Below, in pieces: positions 14,157-26,800 of a DNA stretch of 64,000 nucleotides. A program made the translations under genes and the position numbers. Numbering within the stretch: the first letter of the stretch is position 1; each line of letters begins with the position of its first letter. Origin of the DNA: Monocercomonoides exilis PA203 (Eukaryota > Protista > Preaxostyla); contig LSRY02000009.1 of assembly GCA_001643675.2 (NCBI GenBank), forward strand, positions 434,001 through 498,000. Direction: 5' to 3'. The notes beneath the pieces are model-generated. The model was given only the letters and a program-made list of their open reading frames with translations. It did not search any database and was not told the DNA's origin.

Positions 14157-14830
14157 AGTGATTTTTTTTTTTGAAAGCATATTTTTTTCTTTCAGAATTT
14201 TCGGCTCGTAAATTTAACTTTTATATTGGGTGATTATTTTTGAAAACATATTTCTTCAATCAAAAATTTAGGTTCGAAAATTTCCCACAAACATCTCAAA
14301 AAGTGTGCTGAAAAACGAAAAGACTAATAATACACATCAACCTCTTTATTAGTGCTAAAACAATTGTTATTAAAACTGTTGTGATAATTTTTGCATTTGA
14401 ATACAAAATCTCTTCCCAAAGGCTAACAATCTTTGAAAAATAAATACCACGAAAAATATATGATTTCAAAAATAATCACCCACATCAACAAAAGAACACA
14501 AAAAATGAAAAGGTTTATTGAAGACATATTCATTTTTTTTTTTTTATTTTATTTTTATTTTTTTTATTTATTTATTTATTTATTTTTTTTTTTTTTTTTT
14601 GAAAATAAACATTAATATTTTATCCAGTTGAGATAAAACCACAAATAAAATTCAAAATTTCTTCACAGTGACAAACAACCTTTGAAAAATTTGAATCCCG
14701 AAAAAAGTTATGATTTCAAAAAGAATCACCAATATATTGGACCATTTTCCCAAAAAAATTTGGAGATGATAATAACATAATAACAAATATAAAATAGCAT
14801 ATTTTTTATGATATCAAAAAAAAATCACAC
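14157..14830. repeat. Foldback-like array of a ~25-bp motif in both orientations, plus ~80-bp degenerate direct repeats
   Basis: TGGGTGATTATTTTTGAAAACATAT (14227-14251) is a 24/25 inverted match to 14458-14482. Further copies at about 14157 (forward), 14709 and 14808 (reverse); 14400-14480 resembles 14647-14730. Confidence 0.6.
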
Positions 14831-14908
14831 AAATCGTTTAAAACAAAAATAAACAAATTCCAGACGTTCACATATAGTGTCAGTTATTTATCATATCCCC
14901 TTTTTTTT

Positions 14909-15808
14909 ATCGGGACCTAAATTTTCTGACTCTCAAGAGCACTTTAAGAAAAAAATAGATAATAGAAAATTTTTTATATATTATAATATACTAGTTCTGA
15001 AAATATTTTTTCATATTTAAAATTTTGTGAAAAGATCTGGTGTTTTTAGTTTTATTTTTTTAGATCAAAGACTTGCTCATATTTTCACGAGCTTTTTGTT
15101 TTGAGATTTTTAAGTGTTGTTATTGTTTATAAACTTAACTTCTTTATAATTTTGGTTATTTTTCATTGTTAAACACTTCGTTTTTTTAATTTTTTTTCCA
15201 TTTCACGATTTTTTGACAAAATTAGAAACAATAGCAGAGTTTGAAATTGTCATGGTTTTTCGTGTTAAAGAAAAGTTGAAAAAATGATTGTTATGTACGT
15301 TACAAAGATTTTGAAATGAAAGAATGTGATTTGAAGCAGAAAATGCTAAAATACACAAAAACAGGTTTTTTTGAATTCTAATTTCGATCATTTAAAATTC
15401 AAAATTTTCTTTTTCTGATAACCATTATTTGTCGATAATTTACATATTTCGACTTTTTTTAAAACAAAAAATCTCCTTTTTCCAATAAAATCTTCTATTT
15501 ATTGAAATTTTGAGAAATAAAAAAAGTAATAAAAAATCGAAGTGTTTAACAATGAAAAATTACCAAAAGCATTAATAAGTTCAGTTAATTTACAATGATA
15601 TAGCTCAAAACAATCAAAACAAAAAGCTCGTGAAAATATGAGCAAGTCTTTGATCTAAAAAATAAAACAAAAAATTCCAGATCTATTTACAGAAATAAAA
15701 AAAATTAAAAATATTTTCTGGCATAGTATATAAAAATGATTTGAATATATTCTATTATTTATTTTTTTCGAAAAATGCTCCTGTGAGCAACAAAATTTAG
15801 GTCCCGAT
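14909..15808. mobile_element. Non-autonomous DNA transposon with long (~280 bp) terminal inverted repeats (MULE/foldback-like)
   Basis: Ends are ATCGGGACCTAAATTTT (14909) and AAAATTTAGGTCCCGAT (to 15808). Arms of about 14909-15185 and 15533-15808 include a perfect 49-bp inverted match (15056-15104 vs 15614-15662). No internal transposase. Confidence 0.85.
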
Positions 15809-16142
15809 TTATTTTTTGGGTACCGATAAATTTCTGACCCTATTCAGGTCTTGCCCCAAAATTTCCTATTTGATAGGTGCAGTATTGTTATTATTCAAAA
15901 TTCTCAAAACATATAAACCACTGAATATATTAATGATGAAAAAACTCTTTTCACGTGTGAAAGAAATTCTTTTCAAAAATTATAAACATGATAATTATAC
16001 TAATTTGAATTTTTTTTATAATATAAAAGAATTATGAATAACGAAAAAAGACAGTCAAAAGATGAATTGCATAATGAATATTCTTTAACAGTTTTTCATC
16101 CCATTATCAAAAAAGATCTGTTTCAGATCAAAAAAGGAAAAC

Positions 16143-19100
16143 ATGCTTTTTTCGTTGTTGTTCCAAGTATTCATTAATATCGGAAATTGCGAAAGGCATA
16201 AACAAATTGTCAAATCTATTACAACATTTCCACCGTATGGCTCTCAAATAAATCCTAGATATTCTCCATTTTTTCAATATTTTGAAAAGGATAACATTTC
16301 ACACTTTTTTGTTTATGGAGGATCATCATTTGACAACCATTTATTATCCGATGCATTTGTGATAAAGACAAATCCATTGTTTATTTCACGTTTTCACATG
16401 GCAAGCGAAAATGAAAGACCATTAGTCAAGTATTTTGCTCAGTTTAGAGTAAATGAAACATTTTTTATATGGGGAGGATGGAAAGAAACTGGAATTTCAA
16501 ATAAACTTTGGGAATTTGATTTTTCATCACAGAAATGGAAAGAAGTGAATGAAGGAAATAAAACTCCTGAGGCAAGACATTCAATGGCATATGCAACAGA
16601 TGGGAATAAGCTGTATATTTTTGGAGGAATCAGTACATCGGGTCTTCTTAATGATCTATGGGAGTTTGACGTTCAAGCAAAACAGTGGAGAGAACTGAAA
16701 ATTAACTCAGGAGGGATAGGGCCTGAACCCTGCAGTGGCGCAGGAATGTTGGTATCCAATGGATCTGCTATTGTTTTCGGAGGAGATACAGGAAGTAACA
16801 TTACAACAAAATTGAAAATGTTCAGAGCAAAAATCGATAATACTTACCCTGTTTGGGAAGAGGTGAAATTTTCTGAAAAGGATGAGGATGGAAGTGACAT
16901 TCCAGATTCTCGATCCAATTTTGGTTATGCAACATTCCTTAATGAAAGAGAAGCATATATTTACATATTTGGTGGAAGGGTTTCAAACAACATATTCAAT
17001 GAATCAGATTCATTGCTCATTCTTGATTGTAGAAGCGTCATTGGAAGCTACGATAAATATAATACCGTAAGATTCAAAGAAATAAAATTCGATGATGACC
17101 ATCCTTTTCAAAGGACAGATTGTGGATGCGCAGTTGACAAAGAAGGAAATCTTTTTGTTTTCGGGGGAAGAGGACTTGGTTACATTAATGCGGATCTAAT
17201 TAAGGTGAAGAAAGATTTCTTGTCTTTGAATGTTTCAAACAAAAAGGCATATTCCGAAGAAACAGTGGGAAAAAAATCTAAATTTGGAAAGAGAATATTG
17301 AATTCCAACAATGAAACTTCTTTTTCAAACACGGAAGGTGAATACTATTCTTTTCACAAAAAGAATCTGAAATTTCCATCAAATGAATCAGAGGATCCAT
17401 TTGAAACTTTAATTCATGTGTTTGACTATGCACCTACTCCACGAGTGAATTCAATTGTGGGCTACATGAAGGAATCATTTTTTGTATTTGGAGGTCGTGA
17501 TCCTTCGACTGGAGAAATTTTTAACGATTTTTATATAATCTCACTTACAGATGGCGAGTGGAGAAGAGTTGTTCCGAGAGAAAAATCTGAAACACCTCCC
17601 GCAAGAGAACTTGCTTCATATTGTTTTGATAAAGGTCGCCTGCTAATATTTGGAGGATTGGGGCCGAATCCTCAGACAGGAAAAATCGAACCGTCAAATG
17701 AGTTGTGGGAATTTTCTTTTTTCACAGAGACATGGAAACAATTGGGGAAGAATTCAATTCAAAAGCCAACACCTGTTTATGGATCGGCGATAACCATTTT
17801 CGAAAATGTTTTGCTGTTCATTGGAGGAAGAACTGCGTACGGATTGGACTACACTGTTTGTGGTTTTTTCTACTTTCAACAGGATCAATGGGTTACCGCA
17901 ACAATACCAGCCGTTTCATTTCAAAATTCTGTATTTGTTTTGAGAATAAACGATTCAAGCAAAGCAAACAATTCGATCAAGCAATGCGATATTGGTCTCC
18001 ATCAATATTCAATAAACCAGAGTATTTCAGCGGATAAGAGAATAAGTGAAACAATGAATTCAAAAGAAAAAAAATTTTTACGAATCAGAAACGCAAATGT
18101 CAAAAATAGCAATAACATGTCAACTCAAACAGAACTTCTTGTTTTTGTTGGTGGAGTTCAAGGAGCAACACCTTTTCGAGGATATCAATCAATGAATCTA
18201 TCTGATTTTCTGAAAAATAACATTTCAAATCCTTCAATATTTATTGAAAATGAAGATTTTTATAATATCTTTCATTATCAAGATGGAAAATCATTACCTT
18301 TTGATAATAAAGTGTTGATGTTTGGAGGAAGAATAGGAAATAGAGCAATGGACACTTTTAAGATCGTGGAATTTGATGGAGATGGAAATGCTTCTTTGAT
18401 TGAAGACAATGGAACGTTCTTATCAGATGGAAGTCATCTTGATGTTGTTGAAGCAGGCTGCACAGTTTTCAATAAAAGTGTTTATTGCTTTGGTGGAAGG
18501 CAAACAAGCGAAGGAGGAACAATAATGCCAACTGCATTCGACACATTTCGAAAAATAGCAATTAGTGATGAATTTATAACTTGTTCACCAGGCTCATATA
18601 AGAAGAAAGAAGATTGTGACTTTTGCCCTGAAGGAACTTATTCAAATGATTATGGGAGTACAAATTGTACACCTTGCCCTCCTGGAACATACAGTGTTTG
18701 GAGAGGAGCTCAAGGATTTGAATGTCAGATTGTTAAAGCAGGTTGTTTCTCTGATGCACCAGGTCTGAAGCGCCAAAAATACTGTGATAAAGAACAATAC
18801 TGCCCAATTGGTTCTACATCAAACAATAATACACTTCCGACTGCTGATTATTCAAAAACAACTCAACCACAAATTTATAAAATTCCATCACATATGATAT
18901 TATCCTATAACATTATCTGTTACGTAGGACTCACCGTAATTGGTGCAATTCTTGCTTTGATTCTTCTCTGTCTTCCATCAAAGAAATATATGTGGATGCT
19001 TGATGGATATTCGAATAAATATGTAGATTCGCTTGATCCACAAACACATAAGACAACAAAACAGATTAAAAAGACAACATTTGGAGGCTTTGTGTCAATT

Positions 19101-20238
19101 ATTGGCCTTTTTTTCGTTTTTGGTGCATCACTTTCTACTATTTTTGGATATGCAATGTTCGGAATAGAGGAAACAAAAACAACAGCCGATGCATCAATTG
19201 AAGAAAAAGCAAATTTCAAAAATATTTCAAATAAAATGTTTTTGGTCAATATAACACTTATCAACTACTCTGGCAAATGTGTTGATAGTTCAGATAATTC
19301 AAGCAACGTGTCAGGAGAATGTTCTCCAAATCTCGGACTTGGAAAGACAATGTACGATCCCGTCAGTTTGATTTGAATTTTTGATTTAAATGATGTTTTT
19401 TCTTTTATGTATTTTGTAAATTTTTTCAATAGATAGCTATGATTCAAATGGCAATACACAGCTACTATTCAATCCTGTTTGTTCGCAAAGTGAATCCATT
19501 AACACTTTTTATCCCGAAACGAGAGACTGCACAATAAAAATCGATGCAAGCTTCAAATCTTTTGTTGTTGACAATTCATTTGCTCATTTCTTCTCGATGT
19601 TTTCGTCAGAGAGAGAAGCAACCTGCAGGGCAATAAAAGTATATGCCTCTCTTGACTCTGCAATTCCTGAACAAAACAAAACACATCCATTAAAGTTTAC
19701 ACCTTACAATTACAAATCTTCAATAGAAGAAATTGTTGTTGCAGATGAAACGAGTGTTTTTAGTGGTTATCGCTCAACAAATGTGACACTGGAATTGAAA
19801 AATTCGATATATCGAAGAAACATAACTTTCAAAGCTTATGATCAAAAAAATGGACATCTCATCAACCACATTTCCTTTGATAAAGGATCAACAACAAATG
19901 AATACGATTTCTATAACAGTATGGGATTTGGTATGAATATTATTTTGAAGTTAGATAATAATGTTGTAATTACTCAACACTCAATGAAGATTACATGGGT
20001 CATGTTTTTTTCATCTCTTGGAGGAACTTTGGTGTATTTTGGATACTTTGGAAATGTTATGCCTGTATTTGAAATGTTAATCAATGTTAACTGGCCGTGC
20101 GGAAGAAAAGTTCAAAAGAAAGTTACAACTGTTTTTCACGACTCTGCAAATAAAACAAAAAGAAAAGATACAAATAAGGAGTATATGAAAGAGTTGGAGA
20201 CAATGCTTGATGAGCAGCTTTCTTCTAACTTATTGTAG
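16143..20238 (+). CDS. Signal peptide + kelch beta-propellers + GCC2/GCC3-type Cys-rich repeats + three TM segments (about 1342 aa)
   Basis: Many kelch motifs (LYIFGG...NDLWEFD....W), then CSPGSY/CPEGTY/CPPGTY repeats and TM1-TM2. The 67-nt GTTTGA..AG intron 19366-19432 joins in frame to the 19597-20238 ORF, which carries TM3. Confidence 0.88.
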
Positions 20239-21340
20239 GGAAGTACTATTTCTTCGAGCTATTTTTTTTTCCCCAACCTTTTAATGTTCAACTGGCCAAG
20301 GCTTGACGCAAGCTCATGGCCAACAAAAAAATAGAGATAAATGTTGGTTTTTATATTTTGTATTTGCTCTCAATGCTTTTTATTATATGTTTTTTGTTCA
20401 CATATATATCAAAGGATTTTTTTAAATTTTTATTTCATCATTGAATTCTTTGTCTTCCAGTTTTATTTAATATCGGAAATTTCATGCTTATTTTCATTGA
20501 ACAGCATAAATCTTTCACTGTTTTAATAGCTATTTCACATCACAAATCGCTCTTTCTCCATTTTTTATTTCATTATTTTTTCGGGTAGAACAATCGCAAT
20601 CTTCAACACCTGTTTTATGGGAGTATTCTTTTTTATTCAAGGCCCACTCGTTCACAAGACAACAAAAATGGCATTATGAAACTTGAAGGACATCAATGAA
20701 ACCTTAAAATATTCATTTATTTTTATTATTCTGTTCTTTAAGTTAACAGTTTTATAGAGTATAGTTTATATGTCTGAAATAAATGGATTTATAGACAATG
20801 AAGTTTTTAAAAAGGGAAAAAAATAGAAAACGATAAGAGTTACAAACACACTTTTTTATTTATCCTCAAATTTTGTCTCATTTTCGTAATATATGCATTT
20901 ATTCGTTAGATGTCTTTGAAAAAATACTATTTTAACATTCAGAAAAGCCTTATTTCGCGAGAATTAAATATCTGAAAATTTCTGATCAAAGTGATCATAG
21001 GATCAATATTTTTTGTTTTTTAAATTAACTTTCTCAATTTCAAGTTTTTTTGAAATTTTTTCATGCTTTCATAACAAAGGGATTATAATTAACTTATATA
21101 ACTTCTATTTTTTCTTGGAACGATTAAATTGTGAAAAATAACTGATGTGCTTTTAGTTGCAGTATGCCCAAAAATATATAATGCGTTTTATATTTGTGAA
21201 AATAAAATAAAATTGCTCCAAAATACAAATTTCCAAGAAAATATAAATTTCAAAATTATCAACTATATCTTTCATGGCTGATTCTTTTTGATGTCCGATG
21301 TTTCCTCACAAAAAAAAATGATATTACGATTACGTTTTCG

Positions 21341-21390
<50 letters not shown>
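21341..21390. repeat. Poly-A tract (50 nt)
   Basis: Directly visible; intergenic. Confidence 0.95.
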
Positions 21391-21391
<1 letters not shown>

Positions 21392-21861
21392 AGTCTTTTT
21401 GTTGAAGTCAACTCTCATTCTATTCTTTTGCACGTTTTGAAAAAGTTTTCTTTCAATGCTAAAGGCAAAATTTTTCGATGGAATCAATTTCATGATAATG
21501 GGTTAAAAAACCAACTACTCCTCGAAAAAAGACATGATTTCTTAAATAATCACTCACTTATTTCACTCTTTCTCATTTCTTCATCTCTTTGCGTAAATAA
21601 CTTTGGTTTGATATTATTAATGAATTTGTTTGCAGAAAAGAAAAATTGAAAGAAGTTAGCTCGACAGAATCTATTTCAATGATTTTTAAATTCTAAACAA
21701 AATATTGACTCCAAAAATTATGCTCCATGCGAAATTCATTTTAATCAATAAAAATTTGTAAAAAATTGGCATATATTCAAAAATAATTTGCGTTTTGATT
21801 GCACGAACTATTCTTTTTCTAAATATCAATGCTTTTTCATAACCCTTCCATTTCTCTTAAT

Positions 21862-23626
21862 TCAGCCATCGGCAAATGATGATCCACCAATAAATTCTCT
21901 CAGAATCGAATTGATAGGAATATGAGAAGTCTCCAGCGGCTCAAAGCAGCGCACGAAGCTCAGAATGCGCTGGGCTTCGAGATAAACAGGAGAAGAAGGC
22001 AGCAGACGGCGCAGCAGCGGCTCAGCTATCGTCCGAAGCGCGCACATTTCATAATCCAGCGCCGAGTTGAAGATTATGTCTGCGCTGTTTTGAAACGGGA
22101 AAATGTGCTTTTCTTCCCCCGCACGCACAGCGGGCCACCGCAGAATCGTCTCTTCGCCCGACGTCCCTCTGAATTGGTAGTCTCTCACCATCCGCCGTAC
22201 CAGCCGATTATCAGTCGTCGGAACACGGTGCAGCTCATCCAGCGTCAGCTGTGTCAGAGCAGAGATGAAGATCTTGTATTTTTGCTCAGCGGGAATCATC
22301 GGTGTCAGCCGGTCGTTCAGTCCGTGGATGCCTTCCACCACAATGATCGAGTTCGGCTTCAGCTGCACAATTTTTCCTCTTTCCTTTTTGTTGGTCTTAA
22401 AGTTGTACACCGGAATTTGCACTTCTTTCAAGGCAATCAAATCACTCAGCGTTTCATTGATAAGCTTCACATCCAGCGCTTCGAGCGACTCAAAGTCGTA
22501 TTCACCAGAGGCATCCTTGGGGCAGTCTTCGAGCTCGTTGTAGAAGTCGTCCAACGACAAGCAAAACGGATCTTTTCCCAGAACTCGCAGATGTACACAC
22601 AGCTTACGTGCAAATGTGGTTTTACCTGAAGAGGAAGGTCCTGCGATCAGTATCAGCTTGCAATTCTCGTTGCTCGTAGCTGCGGTTGCTATCTCAACCA
22701 TTTTGCGATCATGCAAAGTTTCGCATAGAAGAATGTATTGCCTTATCTTCTGAACAGAATTGTCTAAAACGAGTTTGTTCAAATCCCCGACTGAGCTAAC
22801 ATTAAACGTCCTGCCCCATTTTTTGCTCTCAACAAACGTTGAAAAGATTTTTGGCTGATCAACGAATGGATCAATTATTGAAGGAGTTGATGTGTGAGGA
22901 AAACGAAGTAAAAATCCATTTTCGCTTCCATATTTCAATAATTCATAGCGTGAAAGAAGATTCGTATTTGGAAGAAGAATGCCATGACAAAGTGATACAA
23001 ATTGGTTACAGGAAGAAACAGATATCATTGCTGTGTTTTTTTGGGTTACAAAAGAAAGAGAACGGGACATATTTTTTGATGTGAAATACAAAATCGCATC
23101 CTTCCATGTAATTTGAGTTTTAATGATGGGGAATGAGGAAGAAATAATACTCTTCATTTCATCATCTATTTTGTTGAGAGATTCGATGGATAACGGTGAC
23201 TCGTCTTGAGATTTTGCTTCAAAGAAATATGCAGCTCCTAAAGAATGGCCTATCTCAAGTCGTCTATTTGGTTCAACTTTTTGAAATGCCATTTCCAAAA
23301 CAAATGCCAAAGTCTTCCGATAAATATCACTTCCTAAAGGTGTATCTAAATGGACAGGCAAAATACTTCTTACGTTTGTATTAACTTTAAAATTCATCTC
23401 TGAAAAAAATATATATTTAACCAAAGCAAAAGAAAATATGCAACAAACGTTTTAATTCAGAATTAATATAGCAAGCAACAATTGGCGTTTTCGAAGCGGG
23501 GAATTTTTCTGCGGAAATAATTGAGCTTACATGAATTCCTGATGGAAAACTATGAACAGAATTATCTGGGAAATGCACAAATATTGTATCTTCGCGAATA
23601 GGATCGCTTTCTTGCTCTATTTGCAT
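21862..23626 (-). CDS. Uridine/nucleoside kinase (PRK/Udk family) fused to N-terminal TGS + ThrRS/AlaRS-like domain (about 571 aa)
   Basis: Exon 23626-23449, 49-nt GTTTGT intron 23448-23400, exon 23399-21862. Walker A ILIAGPSSSGKTT, LSLDDFY, YDFESLEALD, IVVEGIHGLN, TTDNRLVRRMVRDYQFRG, GEEKHIFPFQ; N-terminal YRKTLAFVL..IGHSLG is ThrRS-N-like. Confidence 0.92.
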
Positions 23627-23899
23627 TTAATTATTTCTCAACAACAAAAAGATTTGATTTCCAGAATAAATCAAAAATGTGATGGTTTCAGATCTTCAAA
23701 AATTTTCATTTCAATTGAATAATTGAATAATATCGGACACTGCAACAAAAGAATAACAATGATAATTGAATAAAATCTATAGATTTTAAACAACACATTT
23801 TTAACAAATTGAAAAAAAAAATTAAAGCTTTAAGATGGTGTTATTTCAAATTCAACAGATGAAATAGAAAAAAAAATTATTGAAATGATTTCTAATTGT

Positions 23900-26800
23900 T
23901 CACTTTTTCTTTGGTGTTGCAACAACAATTGTAACTCCTGAGCGGGTTTTCGATTGAGGCGATGTTGCTAATCTGGTTGCTTGCTTTGGAGAAGTTGCAG
24001 AAGTTCTAAAACTTCTAAAGGAAGAGGCAGGTGAAGTCGAAGAAGCAGAAGGAGAAGATGAAGAATATGCCGCTGACAGGATCCGAAAATGAGGTGACGC
24101 CGAGCCATGTAGCAAATGCGGCGGTGAATATACAGAATATTTCATTGGATCGCGCTGCACTTCAGCTGCTGCTTTTAACAGAGCTGCTTTCTCATCCTGT
24201 TTAGTGATGAAACGGGGAATCCAAACATCTGCTGGCTCCAAAGAGAATGAAGAAGAATTTGCCTCCGCTGGGATTCGAACCTGCGTACAGGCAGGGATCC
24301 TTCTGCAGAGTTCAAACAGAGCACGTCTCCCGTCTTCTCTGCAGTCGGGTGAGGCATCAGTGACACCACGCAAGATACACTGGAGGAGAAGAGGGAAATC
24401 TTTCCATTTGAAGAGATCGAGTGAAGAAGGAGAAGAAGAAGAATTAGAGGAAGAGGAGGAAGAAACAGAAGAAGAAGAAGTAGTAGTAGTAGAAGAAGAA
24501 GAAGATGCAATCAACATCTTCGGAACCGGCAGATGTGCCAGCCCAAACGCAGTGAATCTGATTACTCTCAGCCTTACAGCTGCTGCTTTGTGTGTCTGAA
24601 ACACCCACAATTTGCACAAGCACCTCAGCAAAAACGAGCAACTTGTCAAATTCGAGTCGCCATACACAGCAGCCAGCACAGAATCCACGCCGTTCTCGAT
24701 AAACCTACTTGATTCAAGCACTTTCTTGAAGACAATCTTCAGCAGTGGCTCTATTTCACTCTCAATGAATGGGTGCAGGAGAAGGCAGATTTCAGCGGTG
24801 GCTGCCAGCGCGCCGCGGGACAAAGTGGAGCGGAGGGACTCGACGAGAGAGGAAGAAAGGGAGAGGAGCTGTTTGGTGCAGGAATGGAGGGTTTCTGAGT
24901 CATATTCTGGTGAAATGGAGTAAGAGGGAGAAGAGGAAGAGGAAGAGGAGGATGAAAAAGGAGAATTAGAATCATTGGTTATATTGGTAATATTGTCATT
25001 ATCGTTATCATTACAAACAGAAATAAAAGAAGAATTAGTATCGATGTATTTATCAGTCTCATCTCCTTTTCCTTCTCCTCTTCCTCCTCCTTCTCCACAT
25101 TCTTTTTTCATTGTTTTCCCTTCTGTTTTTTTGTGGCTTAATTTTCTTGCAATGGCTAAGCAAAGAGAAAGAGACATAAATTGATCCATCCATTGTTCAG
25201 ATTGACTTAACTGTGCTGCTGTCAAAAGCATGTCAAATGGAGAAGAAGAAGAAGAAAGAGAAAGAGAAGAAGAAGAAGAAGAGGAAAGAGAAGAAAGAGA
25301 AGTGATTGGAGGGAATTCGATAGAGGCATCGATGGGGAATTTGGAGTGGGAGGGAGAAGGAGAAGGGGGAGAAGGGGGAGAAGAAGAAGAAGAAAGGGAA
25401 GAAGAAGAAGAGGAGGAAGAAGAAGAAGATGAAGAAGAAAGAGGAGGAAAAGAAGTAGATTGATAAGGTGACAGAGGAGGAGTTGAAAGAGAAAGAGATT
25501 GAGGAGTGAAAGAAGGAGAGGTCATTGGAGAAGAGGATGAGGAGGAAGAAGAAGAAGAGGAGGAGGAGGAAAAAGAAGAAACAGAAGAAAATGAGTCATT
25601 TGAAGATAAAGTATCAGAAAGTCCCCTGTTGAATGTGAAAGAATGAGAAGTGGAGGCGACTGTTGGGCTGATTGGAGTGGTGATGGTGCTTTTTTGAGGG
25701 AAAGAAGAAGAAGAAGAAGAAGAAGAAGAACTGCCCATTGGATGATTAGAGAAGGAGAGCTCAAAAGAAGAGGAAGAGGAAGAGGAAGAAGAAGAAGAAG
25801 AAGAAGAAGAAGAAGAAGATGATGATGATGAAGTTGATGATAAATCCAAAGGTATTTCTTTAAAGTCAGAAGAATTTGTGTCTCTCTTAGCCAATTCTTC
25901 ATTTGCATTCAGAAGTTGCCTCGTTCGTGTGCTTTTCTTGGCAAATGGAGCAGGAGATTTACGAGGAGAGGAAACAAGAGAAGAAGGAGAAGGAGAAGGA
26001 GAAGAAGAAGAAGAAGAAATAGAATTATTATTAACATTGTTAACAATGTTGTTGTTGCTTTTCATCTGCTTCTGAGGAGTTCCCATTGAAATCTGCACTT
26101 GCTTTGGTTTGCGTGCGAATGGAGCAGCTGAATGGGAATCTACAACTGATGAGGTTCTTTTGGAAGGGGAAGAAGAAGAAGAAGAAGAAGAGGAAGCAGA
26201 AGCAGAGGAAGACAAACGGTCGAGTGATGTTGGGATCTTTGATTTAGTACGAGGGGTTGTTGGAGAAGAAGAGGAAGAAGAAGAAGAAGGAGAACGAGAA
26301 GATGATGAGGAAAGAGAAGAAGAAGAAGAAGAAGACGATGAATCTATTGTCTTTTTTAGAACTTCTGTGTGCAAAGTATCAGACAAACATTGTTTTATTC
26401 CATTGTCATCATTGTCATTATTATTGTTGTTGTTTTTATTATTATTCGATTGATTCAAAGAAGAAATATCTGAAGAAGCAGTTGAAGAAGCAGAATCAAC
26501 AGAATCAACAGAATCAATAGAAATCACAGAATTAACAGCTTTTGATGAATTGTATTGAGAACGGGGCAATGAAACTGACAGGAGTGAAAGCTGATTGTCA
26601 TTTGAGGAAGTTTTGGTTGTGTGGTTGTTGAATGAAGAGGAAGAGGAAGAGGAAAGAGAAGAAGAAGAGAAGGAAGAAGAGGAAGAAGAGGAAGGAGAAG
26701 AAGAAGAGGAAGAAGAGGAAGAAAGAGGTTGCATTGTTGTTCCCATTGATTGCACAGATGTTGATGTGGCTTTTAGCGTTTCATCATAATCTGCATTGTT

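Noticed and set aside
21922-22629. 235-aa plus-strand ORF overlapping the uridine kinase
   Set aside because: Antisense to a conserved, locally GC-rich CDS; no independent features.
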